In this document: one piece after another, positions 12,256 through 24,487 of the stretch
How the letters are laid out: each line of letters starts with the position of its first letter
Position numbering within the stretch: position 1 is the stretch's first letter
DNA from: Octopus sinensis
Taxonomy: Eukaryota
Reading direction: 5' to 3'
Assembly (NCBI RefSeq): GCF_006345805.1
Contig: NC_042997.1
Location: forward strand, 142,972,001-143,036,000
DNA: 64,000 nucleotides
Notes under the pieces: model-generated
Databases searched by the model: none
What the model was told of the DNA's origin: nothing
What the model saw: the letters and a program-made list of their open reading frames with translations, nothing else
Made by a program: the position numbers and the translations under genes

Positions 12256-12385
12256 TCCCTTTCTGTAGAAGAGCATAGGCTCGAAACGTAAAAGACTTTT
12301 TCTATTCCTGAGTGTTATACAAATATATCTTTGTTTTGTACACCACCTGTCTTCGTCTTTTGCTTTTTACGTAAACTCTTCCTAT
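12256..12385 (+). mobile_element. Penelope-like terminal-repeat remnant with a hammerhead-like motif
   Basis: CTTT-CTGTAGA-A-GAGC(ATAG)GCTC-GAAACGTA-AAAG followed by a T-rich tail, flanked by (TA)n; homologous copy on the minus strand at about 40345-40475. Confidence 0.6.
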
Positions 12386-12407
12386 ATATATATATATATA
12401 TATATAT

Positions 12408-12830
12408 ACTCTTTTACTCTTTACTCTTTTACTTGTTTCAGTCATTTGACTGCGGCTATGCTGGAGCAGCGCCTTTAGTCGAGCAAATCGACCCCGGGAC
12501 TTATTCTTTGTAAGCCCAGTACTTATTCTATCAGTCTCTTTTGCCGAACCGCTAGGTGACGGGGACATAAACACACACCAGCATCGGTTGTCAAGCAATG
12601 CTAGGGGGACAAACACAGACACACAAACACACACACACATACATATATACATATATATACATATATACGACAGGCTTCTTTCAGTTTCCGTCTACCAAAT
12701 CCACTCACAAGGCATTGGTCGGCCCGAGGCTATAGCAGAAGACATTTGCCCAAGATGCCACGCAGTGGGATTGAACCCAGAACCATGTGGTTGGTTAGCA
12801 AGCTACTTACCACACAGCCACTCCTGCGCC
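12408..12830 (-). mobile_element. SINE family A, young full-length copy
   Basis: Complete and CpG-rich; inverted relative to the partial copies at 12076-12240 and 13255-13395. Confidence 0.9.
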
Positions 12831-12850
12831 TATTCATATATATATATATA

Positions 12851-13145
12851 TATATAAAAAAAGGAAATGAAGAAAATGCTGCCAAAATAATTTAAGTAAG
12901 GGAGAGTGAATTTAATTAGGTGAAAGTTCTTTTTACCGGTTGCGTATTTGTTATGCTTATCAAAAGATATTTTTTTAAGTGAGAGAGAGTTCCTTTCTGA
13001 TAGGAACTCTATCTCACTTTAAAAAATATCTTTTGATAAGCATAACAAATACGCAACCGGTAAAAAGAACTTTCACCTAATTAAATTCACTCTCCCTTAC
13101 TTAAATTATTTTGTCAGCATTTTCTTCATTTCCTTTTTTATATAT
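12851..13145. repeat. Near-perfect palindrome with 144-bp arms and a 7-nt loop
   Basis: 12851-12994 pairs with 13002-13145, loop TTCTGAT; about 3 mismatches and 1 indel. Confidence 0.95.
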
Positions 13146-13173
13146 CACAACTCGTGTTCCACATCTCCTTTTT

Positions 13174-13240
<67 letters not shown>

Positions 13241-14001
13241 AATATATACATCCCTGTCACTTAGTGGTTCGGCAAAAGAGACCAACAGAATAAGTACTAG
13301 GCTTACAAAGAATAAATCCTGGGGTCAATTGGTTCGACTAAAGGCAGTGCTCCAGCATGGCCATAGTCAAATGACTGAAATGAGTAAAAAGCATAAAAAG
13401 AACAACCGAAAATGTTTGGTCTACAGCATGAGTTTGAACACATTATATAAAGATTTAATACTATTTAAGAAAAAGCAGTATATTCATTGTGTCTTATGTT
13501 ACAATGAAATGAAAATGTGTCACCTTTCTTTAAAAGGTTGGAAAACATTGATCTATAATCCATAAAGCAATCTGTTACAAGGTTTTCTAGCTGTAAGAAG
13601 AAGTAACAGCAACTGTTCTTATTGTTTGTATGTGTCTCAAGGTATATGATCACCCGCAGTGTTTAGAATAATGTTGAACTCAGTAAATAAAACTAATTGT
13701 AAATGCTTGTGTGAACCATGTTAATATTCAGAACAAGTTGAGAAATCTTCTACATGGTTGATCAACATGCTAAAAATAGCAGTCAAATCTCCTTCAACTG
13801 TCGCTTTACTGTCTTAGACTTGGTACAGATGTTAGCTAATGTAGCTCTAGAAACTTCTAAAATTAGAAGATGGTTGCAGTTGAAGTGCCTTTGATGATAA
13901 GGTCTGCTACATCGGGGGTGATAAAGGGATAAATAACAACTGTTTGATTGTCTATAAACAAAAGAAAGGCAGTTTCTATCTCTGAGTCATTGTTAAACCA
14001 G

Positions 14002-14002
<1 letters not shown>

Positions 14003-14055
<53 letters not shown>

Positions 14056-14219
14056 ACAAACACACACACACAAACACACACACACAAACACAAACACACA
14101 CATGCATACACACACACACACACAAACACAAACACACACATGCATACACACACACACACACAAACACACACACATACACACACACAAACACACACAAACA
14201 TATACACAAACACACACAT

Positions 14220-14256
<37 letters not shown>

Positions 14257-14310
14257 TGCATGCACACACACAAACAGATACGCAAACATACACACACAAA
14301 CACACACATG

Positions 14311-14342
<32 letters not shown>

Positions 14343-14467
14343 TACACACACACAAACACACACAAACACACACAAACATATACACAAACACACACATGCA
14401 CACACACACACACAAACACATGCATGCACACACACAAACAGATACACACACACACACACACACACAC
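14003..14467. repeat. Complex (CA)n microsatellite with AAAC and ATGC interruptions
   Basis: Directly visible; produces the Cys/Val and His/Thr ORFs. Confidence 0.95.
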
Positions 14468-14879
14468 GCTTCATTTCTACCAATTCCAAGGATTTTACCT
14501 GTAACATCATTGATCTATTTACCAAACTATGCTTCATCAATATTCAGCCATGTATCTCCTCTACCTTGTTCCTTTATCATATTTAAACCTTTCAGCACCT
14601 GGCATTAAGCTATCCACTTCCACCTCTCCCACTCAAATACTCCATTCTTGGTAGTGGGATCTTTTTCTTCTTGTTCTTTTTCTGTCTTGCAAGTTTACAG
14701 AGCATCCTCACTGGTATCAGTAGCACAAAGAAAAATTAGTGCGCTCTGTAAATGGTTGGCATTAAGAAGAGCATCCAGTCATAGAAACCATGTAAAATCT
14801 GACATTGGAACTCAATGTGGCCTTGCAGCTTGCTAGATCCTGTCAAACCCATACCCCTAAGGAAAATGGATATTAAATT

Positions 14880-15020
14880 ATGATGATGGTGGTGGTGGTG
14901 GTGGTGTTGGTGGTGGTGGTGTTGGTGGTGGTGGTGTTGGTGTTGGCGGCGGCAGCGGTGGTGGTGGAGGTGGTAATGGTCATGGTGGTAATGGTGATGA
15001 TGATGATGATGATGATGATA
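14880..15020. repeat. (GGT)n grading into (GAT)n trinucleotide repeat
   Basis: Directly visible. Confidence 0.9.
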
Positions 15021-15124
15021 TGGACTTCCTTTGTACCTTATCCTGGAATGTACCTATCTACATCTGAACTATTACAAACTTTTCATATTCTGGACTCTTC
15101 CTGATTCCCTGATATATATCTTCA

Positions 15125-15455
15125 TCTTCATCATCATCATCATCATCATTGTTTAACATCTGCTTTCCATGCTAGTATGGGTTGGACAGTTTGACTGAGG
15201 ACTGGCACGCCAGTAGGCTGCACCAGGCTCTAATCTGATCTGACAAGGTTTCTACAGCTAGATGCCTTTCCTAATGCCAACCACTCCAAGAATGTAGTAG
15301 GAGCTTTTTACGTGCCACCAGCACAGGAGCCAGTCAGGGGGCACTGGTATCGACCATGTTCAGATGGTGCTTTTTACGTGTCACCAGCATGGGAGCCAGT
15401 CAGGTGGCATTGGCATCAACCATGTTCAGATGGAGCCTTTTATATGCCACCGGCA
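15125..15455 (-). mobile_element. 5'-truncated RTE LINE 3' end with (GAT)n tail
   Basis: CATCATCATCAT-GTTTAAC...CATGCTAG block with tandem internal repeats of about 70 bp; the same repeats adjoin RTE coding sequence at 27130-27780. Further copies near 20130, 24520, 43600, 46545, 47925, 54700, 56440 and 61630. Confidence 0.75.
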
Positions 15456-15514
15456 AGTATAAATATGTTATAAATTGGATGCCTGTTGTTCATGATTTTA
15501 TTCTAGTGTGTGTA

Positions 15515-15575
<61 letters not shown>

Positions 15576-16044
15576 TTGTATTTGCACTTCAACCAGTTAG
15601 AAACAGCCAAACATCCACCAAACATGCCCCACTGTCTTAAAAGTTTAAGGAGGAAGGAGGATACATTAAGCAATACAGTCCCAGAGTTGGAATGGTCATG
15701 GTTGAAATACTGTTGATCAAAAGTCTGTTGAATCAGGGCTAACCTGGAACTGAACAGCAGCAACAGACCAATGATAAAACAAATGACAAATTCTAAAAGT
15801 ACATATGATTAAGAAGCATACTTAGAGATAAAGTGCAAATAGCATGAATAACATTTAGGTTGTCAAGTATGAAATTTGTTGTAAGGTATAGAGTAAACTT
15901 TGACAGCTGCTCATTTTGCGCCATTATTATATTTTGACAATCTTTATTTTTTGTTAGAAAGCTGACACATCTATTTCTTTATTCTAACACATTTTGCACT
16001 TTATAAAGTATTTATAAATCATTTTTTGCTATTTTTGTTTAGAA

Positions 16045-17490
16045 ATGGATAAGTCAGAAATTCATACAGTTTTGTAATATGAGTTCTTTTTTGGAAATAC
16101 AGTATCACAGACAGCATGGAATATTAATGGAGTATTTCATTCTAATGTTATTACACAGCAGACAGTATCAAACTGGTTTGCAAAATTTCGTTCTGGTAAC
16201 TTTGGCCTCACAAATAAGCAACACAGTTGACTAGAAAAAAAGGTGGATAATAATAATAATAATAATAATAATAATTGTGTACAGTGCTCAGGTGCACTAC
16301 AACTCATCTAAAGTGTATATATAATCAGGTGTAGTTTCGGCGGATTTCGGAAAGCATGAGGGCCTTAAAGGATGTAGTGTCATGGCAGTCAACAACTGAC
16401 GCAGGCAGTTTATTCCATGCTTCAGCAACTCTGAGCGTGAAAAAATGTTTCCGAAAGTCATGGGAGCTGTTGTTTTCTGACTTTGTAGGCATGTCCACGT
16501 GTGTTAGACACATGGAGATCAAAAAGGTGTTCAGTGTTGTTGTTGGTGAGGTGGTTGATAACCTTGTGGGTGTTTACCAAGTCCGTCGCCAGACGCCGGA
16601 GCTTCAGTGAATCCATGCCCAGGGAAACAAGGCGCTCAGAATATGGTAGGTGTCTGATGGAGGGTATGCGTTTGGTTGATGAACTGAAAACCACCGTTGT
16701 GTAAGATCCATCTCAAAGTGCCCGAGAATTATCATTGCTGCTTGGTGTTAGCAAGCAAACAATATTGGCTCACCTAGTTCAAATCAGTAAAGTGAAAAAG
16801 GTGGATAAGTGGGTTCCACATGAACTCAGTGAAAATCAGAAACAGTAATGCTTAGAAGCTTGCATTATGCTAATTTCTCGAAACAAAAATGAATCATCTT
16901 TGAATTGAACTGTAACATGTGATGAGAAATGGATCCAATACAACAACTGTAAACATTCAGCGCAATGGCTGGACAAAGACAAGTCACCAAAACACAGTCC
17001 AAAAAGCAAAATTCATCAAAAGAAGCTGATGGTGTGTGTTTGGTCTGGCGCAGATGTGATCCATTATGATTTCATAAAATTGGCTCATCAATCACAGCCT
17101 AAGTATACTGCAGCCAACTGAACCAAATGATGCAGAAACCTACAAAAAAAACAGCTTAGATTAGTCAACAGATCCACTTGTATTTTATTGCAAGACAATG
17201 CCAGACACCACATCACAAAAATGACATTGGCAAAACTACAGGACTAGGAGTTGGATGTTCTCCATCACCCACCATACTCACCTGATCTTGTCCCCACTGA
17301 TTACCACTTCTTTCAGAATTTGGAAAACCTTTTGATATGAAAAAAATTTTATTCTGACAATGCTGTAAAACAGGCCTTCCAAAATTTTATTGATTCTAGA
17401 TTGCCAGGCTTTTACAGTTCTGGGCTGGAGAAGCTACCACTGAAATGGCGAAAGTGTATTAACAATATGAGTGCATACTTGGATGAATAA
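16045..17490 (+). pseudogene. mariner transposase pseudogene (D,D34D type)
   Basis: MDKSEI...WFAKFRSGNF, KVDKWVPHEL, VTCDEKW, LQDNARHH and YSPDLVPTDYHFF motifs, with stops, frameshifts and a LINE insertion. Confidence 0.92.
16248..16740 (-). mobile_element. CR1/L2-group LINE 3' fragment with (ATT)n tail, inserted in the mariner
   Basis: TKRIPSIRHLPYSERLVSLGMDSLKLRRLATDL...NTRGHAYK and RKHFFTLRVAEAWNKLP are typical C-terminal motifs of the CR1/L2/Crack group. Confidence 0.88.
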
Positions 17491-18069
17491 AATTATTCCT
17501 TGTATTTATAAAACATTAGCAAACTTCTTTTTCTTTTCTACAAATTTCATACTTGAAGACCTAATATAAGAATTTAGGATGATAGGACTGGCAGAAAGGA
17601 AGCATTTTCTTTCTGACCTGTTACAAAAAATTCAAATACTGACAAATTTGACCTCTTTTTATCATTCAAGAAGTTGATGAAAATAACTACTGGATGGGGT
17701 GAGGTGTTAACTTCAATCAGTTTTATCCGTCTCTGACAAAAATTGCCCTTGCATCTAGTTCAAATGAATAAAGAGAGATTTCTTTCATTTTTTTCTTCTG
17801 TTTTTTTTTTTTGTTTGTGTGTGTGTGTATCAGTGGATAAAATATAAGCAACAAAAGATAGACAAGCATGGTTGGCTTGAGTGGAGGGTTGCACAAGGTC
17901 AGCCATCTCCAAGAAACAGAGGTTACTATAGAAGTGAAAGTAGAATGATTTCTATTTTTGAAGAATTTTCGATGCTATGACATAGATTAATACATCAGTT
18001 GCCAAACTTATTCTGATACAGAGCTCATTAAACCATTTTCCAAACTTATACCATTTTAAGATACTACAC

Positions 18070-18365
18070 AAGGATGCTATGTATGGCCCTAAGTGTGAAA
18101 TGGCAGCAACATATGACAAATGAATGCCTTTATGGAGACCTGCTGAAAGTTAGTGAGAAGATCAGGCAAAGACAGCTGCAACTATCTGGTCACTGCATGC
18201 ACCAACCTGATTTGAAAGCATCCAAATTAGTCTTGTGGAACCCACTTCATGGTGATGTAGGAAGAGGAAACGTTGTCATACTTACATTAACAACTTGATT
18301 GCAGACACTGGCCTAAAATGTATCCAGGGTCTAGAGGCAGTGATGATGGACTGAGAAGTATGGCA
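18070..18365 (+). mobile_element. RTE LINE C-terminal fragment
   Basis: MALSVKWQQHMTNECLYGDL...IRQRQLQLSGHC...SKLVLWNPLHG...RG matches the RTE-clade C-terminal pattern. Confidence 0.8.
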
Positions 18366-18504
18366 GGTAGACTTTGTTGCTGCAGCACAGGTGACAGTCC
18401 CCTCCACTCTGATTTAAATAAAATCTTAAATGAAACAAAAATTGCTCGAGAGAGGGAGAGAGAGGGAGAGAGAGAAAGAGAGAGAGAGGGGGGAGAGGGA
18501 GAGA

Positions 18505-18555
<51 letters not shown>

Positions 18556-18746
18556 TTTGTTAGGTTTTAATCAGAAAGGCAAGCAGTTCCCATTGTTCTT
18601 TATAGGGCCCTGAAGATGAGTGCAAGGGAAGACCATATCCTCAAACTGGAGAGCTGAACCAAATTCTTGCAACTGAGTGGACTCCACTAAAGACAACCAA
18701 AATATTAAGAGATGATTCCAACACATTAACAAGCATATGTACCACC

Positions 18747-19047
18747 TGTGGAGGCACATGGCCTAGTGGTTAGAGCAGCCGACTTGCGGTCGAGGGATCA
18801 CGGGTTTGAATCTCAGACCGGGCGATGTGTGTGTTTATGAGTGAAACACCTAAGCTACACGCGACTCCGGCAGAAGGTAATGGCAAACTTCTGCTGACTC
18901 TTTTGCCAAAACTTTCTCTCACTCTTTCCTCCTGCATCTTGCAGCTCACCTGCAACAGACCGGCGTCCTGTCCAGGTGGAGAACCTATACGCCAAGGAAA
19001 CCAGGAAACTGGTCCTTATGAGCCAGGCATGGCTCGAGAAGGAACAA
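18747..19047 (+). mobile_element. SINE family C-related, full length, with 12-bp TSD
   Basis: A box TGGCCTAGTGG and B-box-like GGTTTGAATC; TSD ATATGTACCACC at 18735-18746 and 19048-19059. Confidence 0.9.
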
Positions 19048-19152
19048 ATATGTACCACCAATGGTTCATCGCAAACTTCACACAGTTGCCATATGCACCA
19101 CCACTGGTACATTTTCATATTTTGAGAAAACATCCTACATAGTTTTGAGGAT

Positions 19153-19263
19153 ATTTAAATAACGTAAGTGCTAAATATTACATATTAAATAACATGAATG
19201 CTGAATATTACATATTAAATAACAGGAGTGCTAAATATTAAATAACATGAGGGCTGAATATTA
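19153..19263. repeat. Degenerate minisatellite, about 31-bp unit, about 4 copies
   Basis: CATATTAAATAACATGAGTGCTAAATATTTA-like unit. Confidence 0.75.
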
Positions 19264-20094
19264 AAGTTTAATTATGAAATATTGTAATATTGCACTGAGT
19301 GCAATAGCGTGTGAAGTACATGGCGTCACTAGTAAATTTCAGTAATGAGCCATGGTGGTTAACGTGTTAAACCAGATGACAAGTTCAGTTTATTACCCAA
19401 GTAGGCCATGGTAGGATTTGAATACAGAATGAAAAGAACTGGAACAAATAACAAATGGCATCTGGTCTAGTGTTCTTGAGTTCACAGCTCTTCACTGATA
19501 TTTTTTATTCACACCAAAAGGATAAATGGCAAAGATGATATTGGTGGGATTTGAACTCAGAGAGCAGAGATCTCAGTACAAACACTCTTAGGCATTCTAT
19601 CCTATCCACTTATGGTTATTTAAATAAGTTGTGTCTTATATCCTTTTCTTGTTTCAGTCATTTGGACTGTGGCCATGCTGGGGCACCACATTGAAGTATT
19701 TACTTGAACAAATCAACACTGGTATTTTTTAAAATCTGGTACTTATTTCATTGGTTTCTGCTGAACTGCTAAGTTATGATGATGCTAAAACTTTGAAGTC
19801 ACAATCAATAATATATGTAGCAACATTTGAAATACTGTCCAGGTAAATTTAGCTGAAGGGAACTAATCAAATTTACAATAACAAACGTATTTGAAGAGTC
19901 TGAAACCTAGGTATTAGATTATCTGATTCTGAGTTTTCCATTTATTTAATGTTCTTCCTAGAGGTAAGATGAAATTTTTATATTTGCTGCCCTCATATGT
20001 CTTTGCCAGTATATATACAGTGAAGCTTTACTATAGCGTTGTAAATTTATTGACTGCTATTTCCAGTAAACATTGATGTCTTGTTGTACCACTA

Positions 20095-20132
<38 letters not shown>

Positions 20133-23100
20133 CGTCATCATTGTCATCATTGTTTAACATACGCTTTCCATGCTGGCATAGGTTGGACAGTTTGACTGAG
20201 AACTGGCAAGACAGGAGGCTGCACCAGGCTCCAATCTGATTTGGCAAGGTTTCTACAGCTGGATGCCCTTCCTAATACCAACCACTCTAAGAGTGTAGAA
20301 GGTGTTTTTACATGCCACTAGCATGAGTGCCAGTCAGGTGGCACTGGCATTGGCCACAACTATGATTTCACTCGGTTCAACAGGTCTTCACAAGCATGCC
20401 ATATAGTGCAAAAACATGATAGTGTAGTGTATGCAGGTTGAATGGAAAGCTATTGTTTTTTTTATGAATTCTGCCAAATGGCAGTATGCTTGGCATTTTG
20501 CCACTATCTCTATCCTGCTATCTCCCACTCTCTCTCTCCTTCTCCTGCACTTCTTTCAGGTTGGATAACCATGTATTTCCTTTGCGGTAGTGCACCTGTT
20601 TCTATCTTCATTCCTGATCACTCTCTCTGGCCGGGTAACTTTGTACTTCCTCTATAGCAAGACACCTGGTTCTGTCTCTTTGTCTCACTATAGCCTTTCA
20701 TCATCTGACACAAGATCGCCTCTTCCAATGCCCCCTCTCCTCTTGAAAGTTTTTTTTTGTATTTTTTTTTTGTGTTGCAAGTACCCTCTCAGTGCAGGTG
20801 CCACTTAAAAGCTCCCAGTCCACACTGTAAAGCGGTTGGTGTTTGGAAGGGCATCCAGCTGTAAAAATCCTTGCCAAAACTGACCTCATCTATGCTTGTG
20901 TCAGGTAAAAAGCACAAAGTCCATTCTGCTGGGTGGTTGGTGTTAGGAAGGGCATCCAGGTGTAAAAATCCTGCAAAAAAGAAAACAATCACAGAAGTCT
21001 TATGCAGGCTTCTGCCTGGCCAGCTCTTGTAAAACCATCCCACCCATGCTAGCATGGAAGGTGGACATTAATCAATGATGATGATTATGATATATATATA
21101 TATAAGTAGTTTATTTATTGTAACTAGGAATTACAGTTTCAAGATGACAAGGTCTGAATGAGGTCTAGATGTCATAGGTTATGTTACTCTAAGTATTATT
21201 TGTATAATTAAAGAATTGTAGTTTCATGTCTATTTATATTTTGTGCCTCTACTTAACATGGTAATAAGAATAAAGTATATAAAAGTGCACATAATACCCT
21301 ATTTGACTAATAGTGAATGCCTGTTATTTCCTTATGGAGTGGCCTACTACCAGTGTAAAAACGATCAACATTGCCAAAAAAGATAAGACTCAATTATAAA
21401 TGAAGATGATGTAGATTAATGAGAAATAGCATGTTGCTATATGGAGAAATTTTTTTTTTAAATTCAGAAAGAATTTAAAAAGGGACAAATGGTAAATTGT
21501 TGATTTGAAGAGAAAAACAACCAGCTTAGTAGCTGGCCGAAATAAAGCACTTATCATAGCAGTTAGGAAAGATATTTAAAAGGTGGAGTTTGAGTAAGGA
21601 GGAGTGGTATGGTAAGTAGAGGGAGCAGAGACAGAAAGTAACAGTATACAGAAAAGCTATTTAAGTGGGAAGGGATCCATACAATACTCTCAATAGCCTT
21701 AATTTAGAATGCCTATTATGTATTTCATTTTTACCAAGTAGCTGTAAGTTACACTCTTTGGAGATTGGTTATACATATAACCAACAAGTGACTATTTTGA
21801 GTTAGTTATTTGTTACATAGGATTCAATGTTGTCCACCTTCAGCTTATTTTTAAGAGTATAACTATGTTTACAAAGATTAACATTCCAGTAGCATATTAG
21901 TTTTTCTATACAAAGGGGAAGGGCCGCCTTAGCAGCAACATAGGCCCCTGGGCAAATCAATGTACTTGGGCCTATAATATTGATTTTAAATTTTGGTACA
22001 AGGCCAGCAATTTCAGGGGAGGGGATAAGTTGTTTACACTGACCCCAGCACTCATCTGGTATTTATTTTATCAACCCTGAAAGGATGAAAGGCTAAGTCA
22101 GCCTCAACAGAATTTGAACTCAAAATGTAAAGAGGGACAAAATGGTGCAAAGTATTTTGTTCACCATGCTAACAATTCTGCCAGCTTGCTACCTTAAACA
22201 GGAAGCTGTAATATTGATTTATTGATAGTAAACCACAGCATACAAAGATCAGAATTGGACCTCTAAATCCATGTGGCTGCTGGGCAATTAACCAAAGTGT
22301 AAAGAGGTAACAACCTCCACCTCCTGCTGGTCTCTTCTTTGTCCATTTCTGGAGGAAAGAACATTCTGATTGGTCCTCTCTTCACAACCCCTTAACACAG
22401 CATAGCTATGTATGTGTGTGTGTGTGTGTGTGTGTATGAGAGGGGGTAAGAGAGGAAGAGACAGGGTGAAAGAGGGAGGGAGAAAAATTGAATGGGACTT
22501 TATTGACTCCAGAAAGATGAAAGGCAAAGTTGACCTTGACAGGATCCAAACTCAGATCTCAAAGAACATGAATAAATTCTACAAGTCATTCTATCTGGTG
22601 TTCTAATAACTATGCCAATTTGCCACTTCTCCATAGAGTTAATCAAGGATAGTTTTAATCTTTGGTCTATTTGTATTGGCTCCAGATTCTACAGCTATGT
22701 CTCACAATTCCATGATAAGTTTGCTCAGAATGCTGGTGAGTCAGTGCTGAGTGAATCCCTGTGTTTTGTAGTATCTATGGTTCTTGGAAATGTTTTCCTG
22801 AGACAAAATACTACATCTACTGCCATTCCATATTTGTATATACATTATAAATGTTATACAGACATGTATTTTAATCTAAGGTTGTTTCAAAAGTGTATGT
22901 TAATTGCTTCAGATGTTTACATTTTCTTCTAAGATGCTGAATTCTGATGCAAGGTCAGATCTGGATCCCATTCATTGAGTTAACCCTGAATTATTCAAGA
23001 TAATTCTAATCTGTTTACTGTTTGCATTGACTAAGATTCTGCAGTAATGCTTATCAAAATTAATAGCCATCATTTGCAAGCAAAAATGACTTGTACCAAG

Positions 23101-24077
23101 CTTTCACTACTTATCTTTGATCCCTGTGTAGTTGCAAACAGACACAGATACCCTCTCACCTTTTGACCTAGCAAAATATTCAGGATGTGACAAATGGATG
23201 AAGAGGGCTATATCAGCACAGGGCTGTTACTTGTTTCAGCTGAGTACACTGGAGTAATGGTAAATGAAGTGCCTTGCTCAAAGCACTGCTCAATCCGGAA
23301 ATCAAAACCCATACCTTATGCTTGTGACTCCAACTACTTAATCATTTGGCTGTACACTTAATAATTCCATGTACATCATCCCTCTATAAAATGTGTTACC
23401 CCTTCAGCGTTTAAACCGGTCATAATATTCCACCTGTTTTATCTTCAGACTGGTCAGATATGGTCTTTCATAGCTACTTTACAGTATAATTTTAAAAATA
23501 AACAACCACATCATTGAAATCTCAAACCATGGAATAATGCATGATTAATTTAAAATGGTGTGAGTACATAAGCTTTACATTTGACAGAATAATCTGATTG
23601 CGAAAGGGTTAAACCAAATAGGTATTCTCTTCAAACCTACTGGTAACTGGAAGATTTTCTGGAGTTTGACTTCTTCAGCTCTTGTCCCAATGCTACATTA
23701 TAAGAATTACAGCTTGATAATCATTTCTTGTTGTGGTGATCTGATAACTTTGCTACAACAATCGAAAGTATGGACATTTTTTTATTGCTTGTTCAATCTG
23801 GGATGAAATGTCTTTGTCAGCTCAGTAAATTTTTTAAATACTTTTCTTTATTTTTTATTTGTGTCATGTACTCATGAATAAATACTATGTTCTATTTATA
23901 AATGTGAAAGTTTCTTCACAAACAAGTAAGAAATTTAATAAAACTCATTGAATAATCTGGAAACTACTGCTCCACAAGATAGAAATATATGTGTTGACCT
24001 CTTATGATTCTGACTGTCACCAAACTCACCTCCAATGTGTTCACCTTATATGTTCTTTCAGTTAAGAATATTCTATA

Positions 24078-24487
24078 CTCTTTACTCTTTTACTTGTTTC
24101 AGTCATTTGACTGTGGCCATGCTGGAGCACCGCCTTTAGTTGAGCAAATCGACCGCAGGACCTATTCTTTGTAAGCCAGGTACTTATTCTATTGGTCTCT
24201 TTTGCCAAACCACTAAGTTACGGGAACATAAACACACCAGCATCGGTTGTCAAGCGATGTTCGGGGGACAAACACAGACACACAAACATATACACACATA
24301 CATACATATGTATATACATATATACGATAGGCTTCTTTCAGTTTCCATCTACCAAATCCACTCACAAGGCTTTGGTTGGCCCGAGGCTATAGAAGAAGAC
24401 ATTGCCCAAGATGTTATGCAGTAGGACTGAACCCGGAACCATGTGGTTTGTAAGCAAGCTACTTACCACACAGCCACTCCTACACCT
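24078..24487 (-). mobile_element. SINE family A, full length
   Basis: Head-to-tail homology with the other copies. Confidence 0.9.

Larger units (their letters stand above)
15855..17564 (+). mobile_element. mariner DNA transposon, complete with TIRs, dead
   Basis: TIRs TTAGGTTGTCAAGTATGAAATTTG (15855-15878) and CAAATTTCATACTTGAAGACCTAA (17541-17564), 22/24 match; TA on the right flank. Confidence 0.92.

Noticed and set aside
13863-14608. Cys/Val and His/Thr ORFs of 150-225 aa
   Set aside because: (CA)n/(TG)n artefacts.
18747-18825. tRNA gene
   Set aside because: A and B boxes are present, but no full cloverleaf is evident and the sequence continues into a SINE body with a TSD. The same applies to the other SINE heads.
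19153-19263. CRISPR-like array
   Set aside because: Tandem degenerate units without unique spacers, no cas genes, eukaryotic context.
19945-19969. Possible recursive splice site TTCTTCCTAGAG|GTAAGA
   Set aside because: The host intron and its strand are unknown, and a single motif is not enough evidence.
22637-22735. Plus-strand 99-nt exon candidate (LIKDSFNLWSICIGSRFYSYVSQFHDKFAQNA) with a GTGAGT donor
   Set aside because: Three possible acceptors, two open frames and no recognisable homolog; the opposite strand faintly resembles decayed RT. Unresolved rather than disproved.
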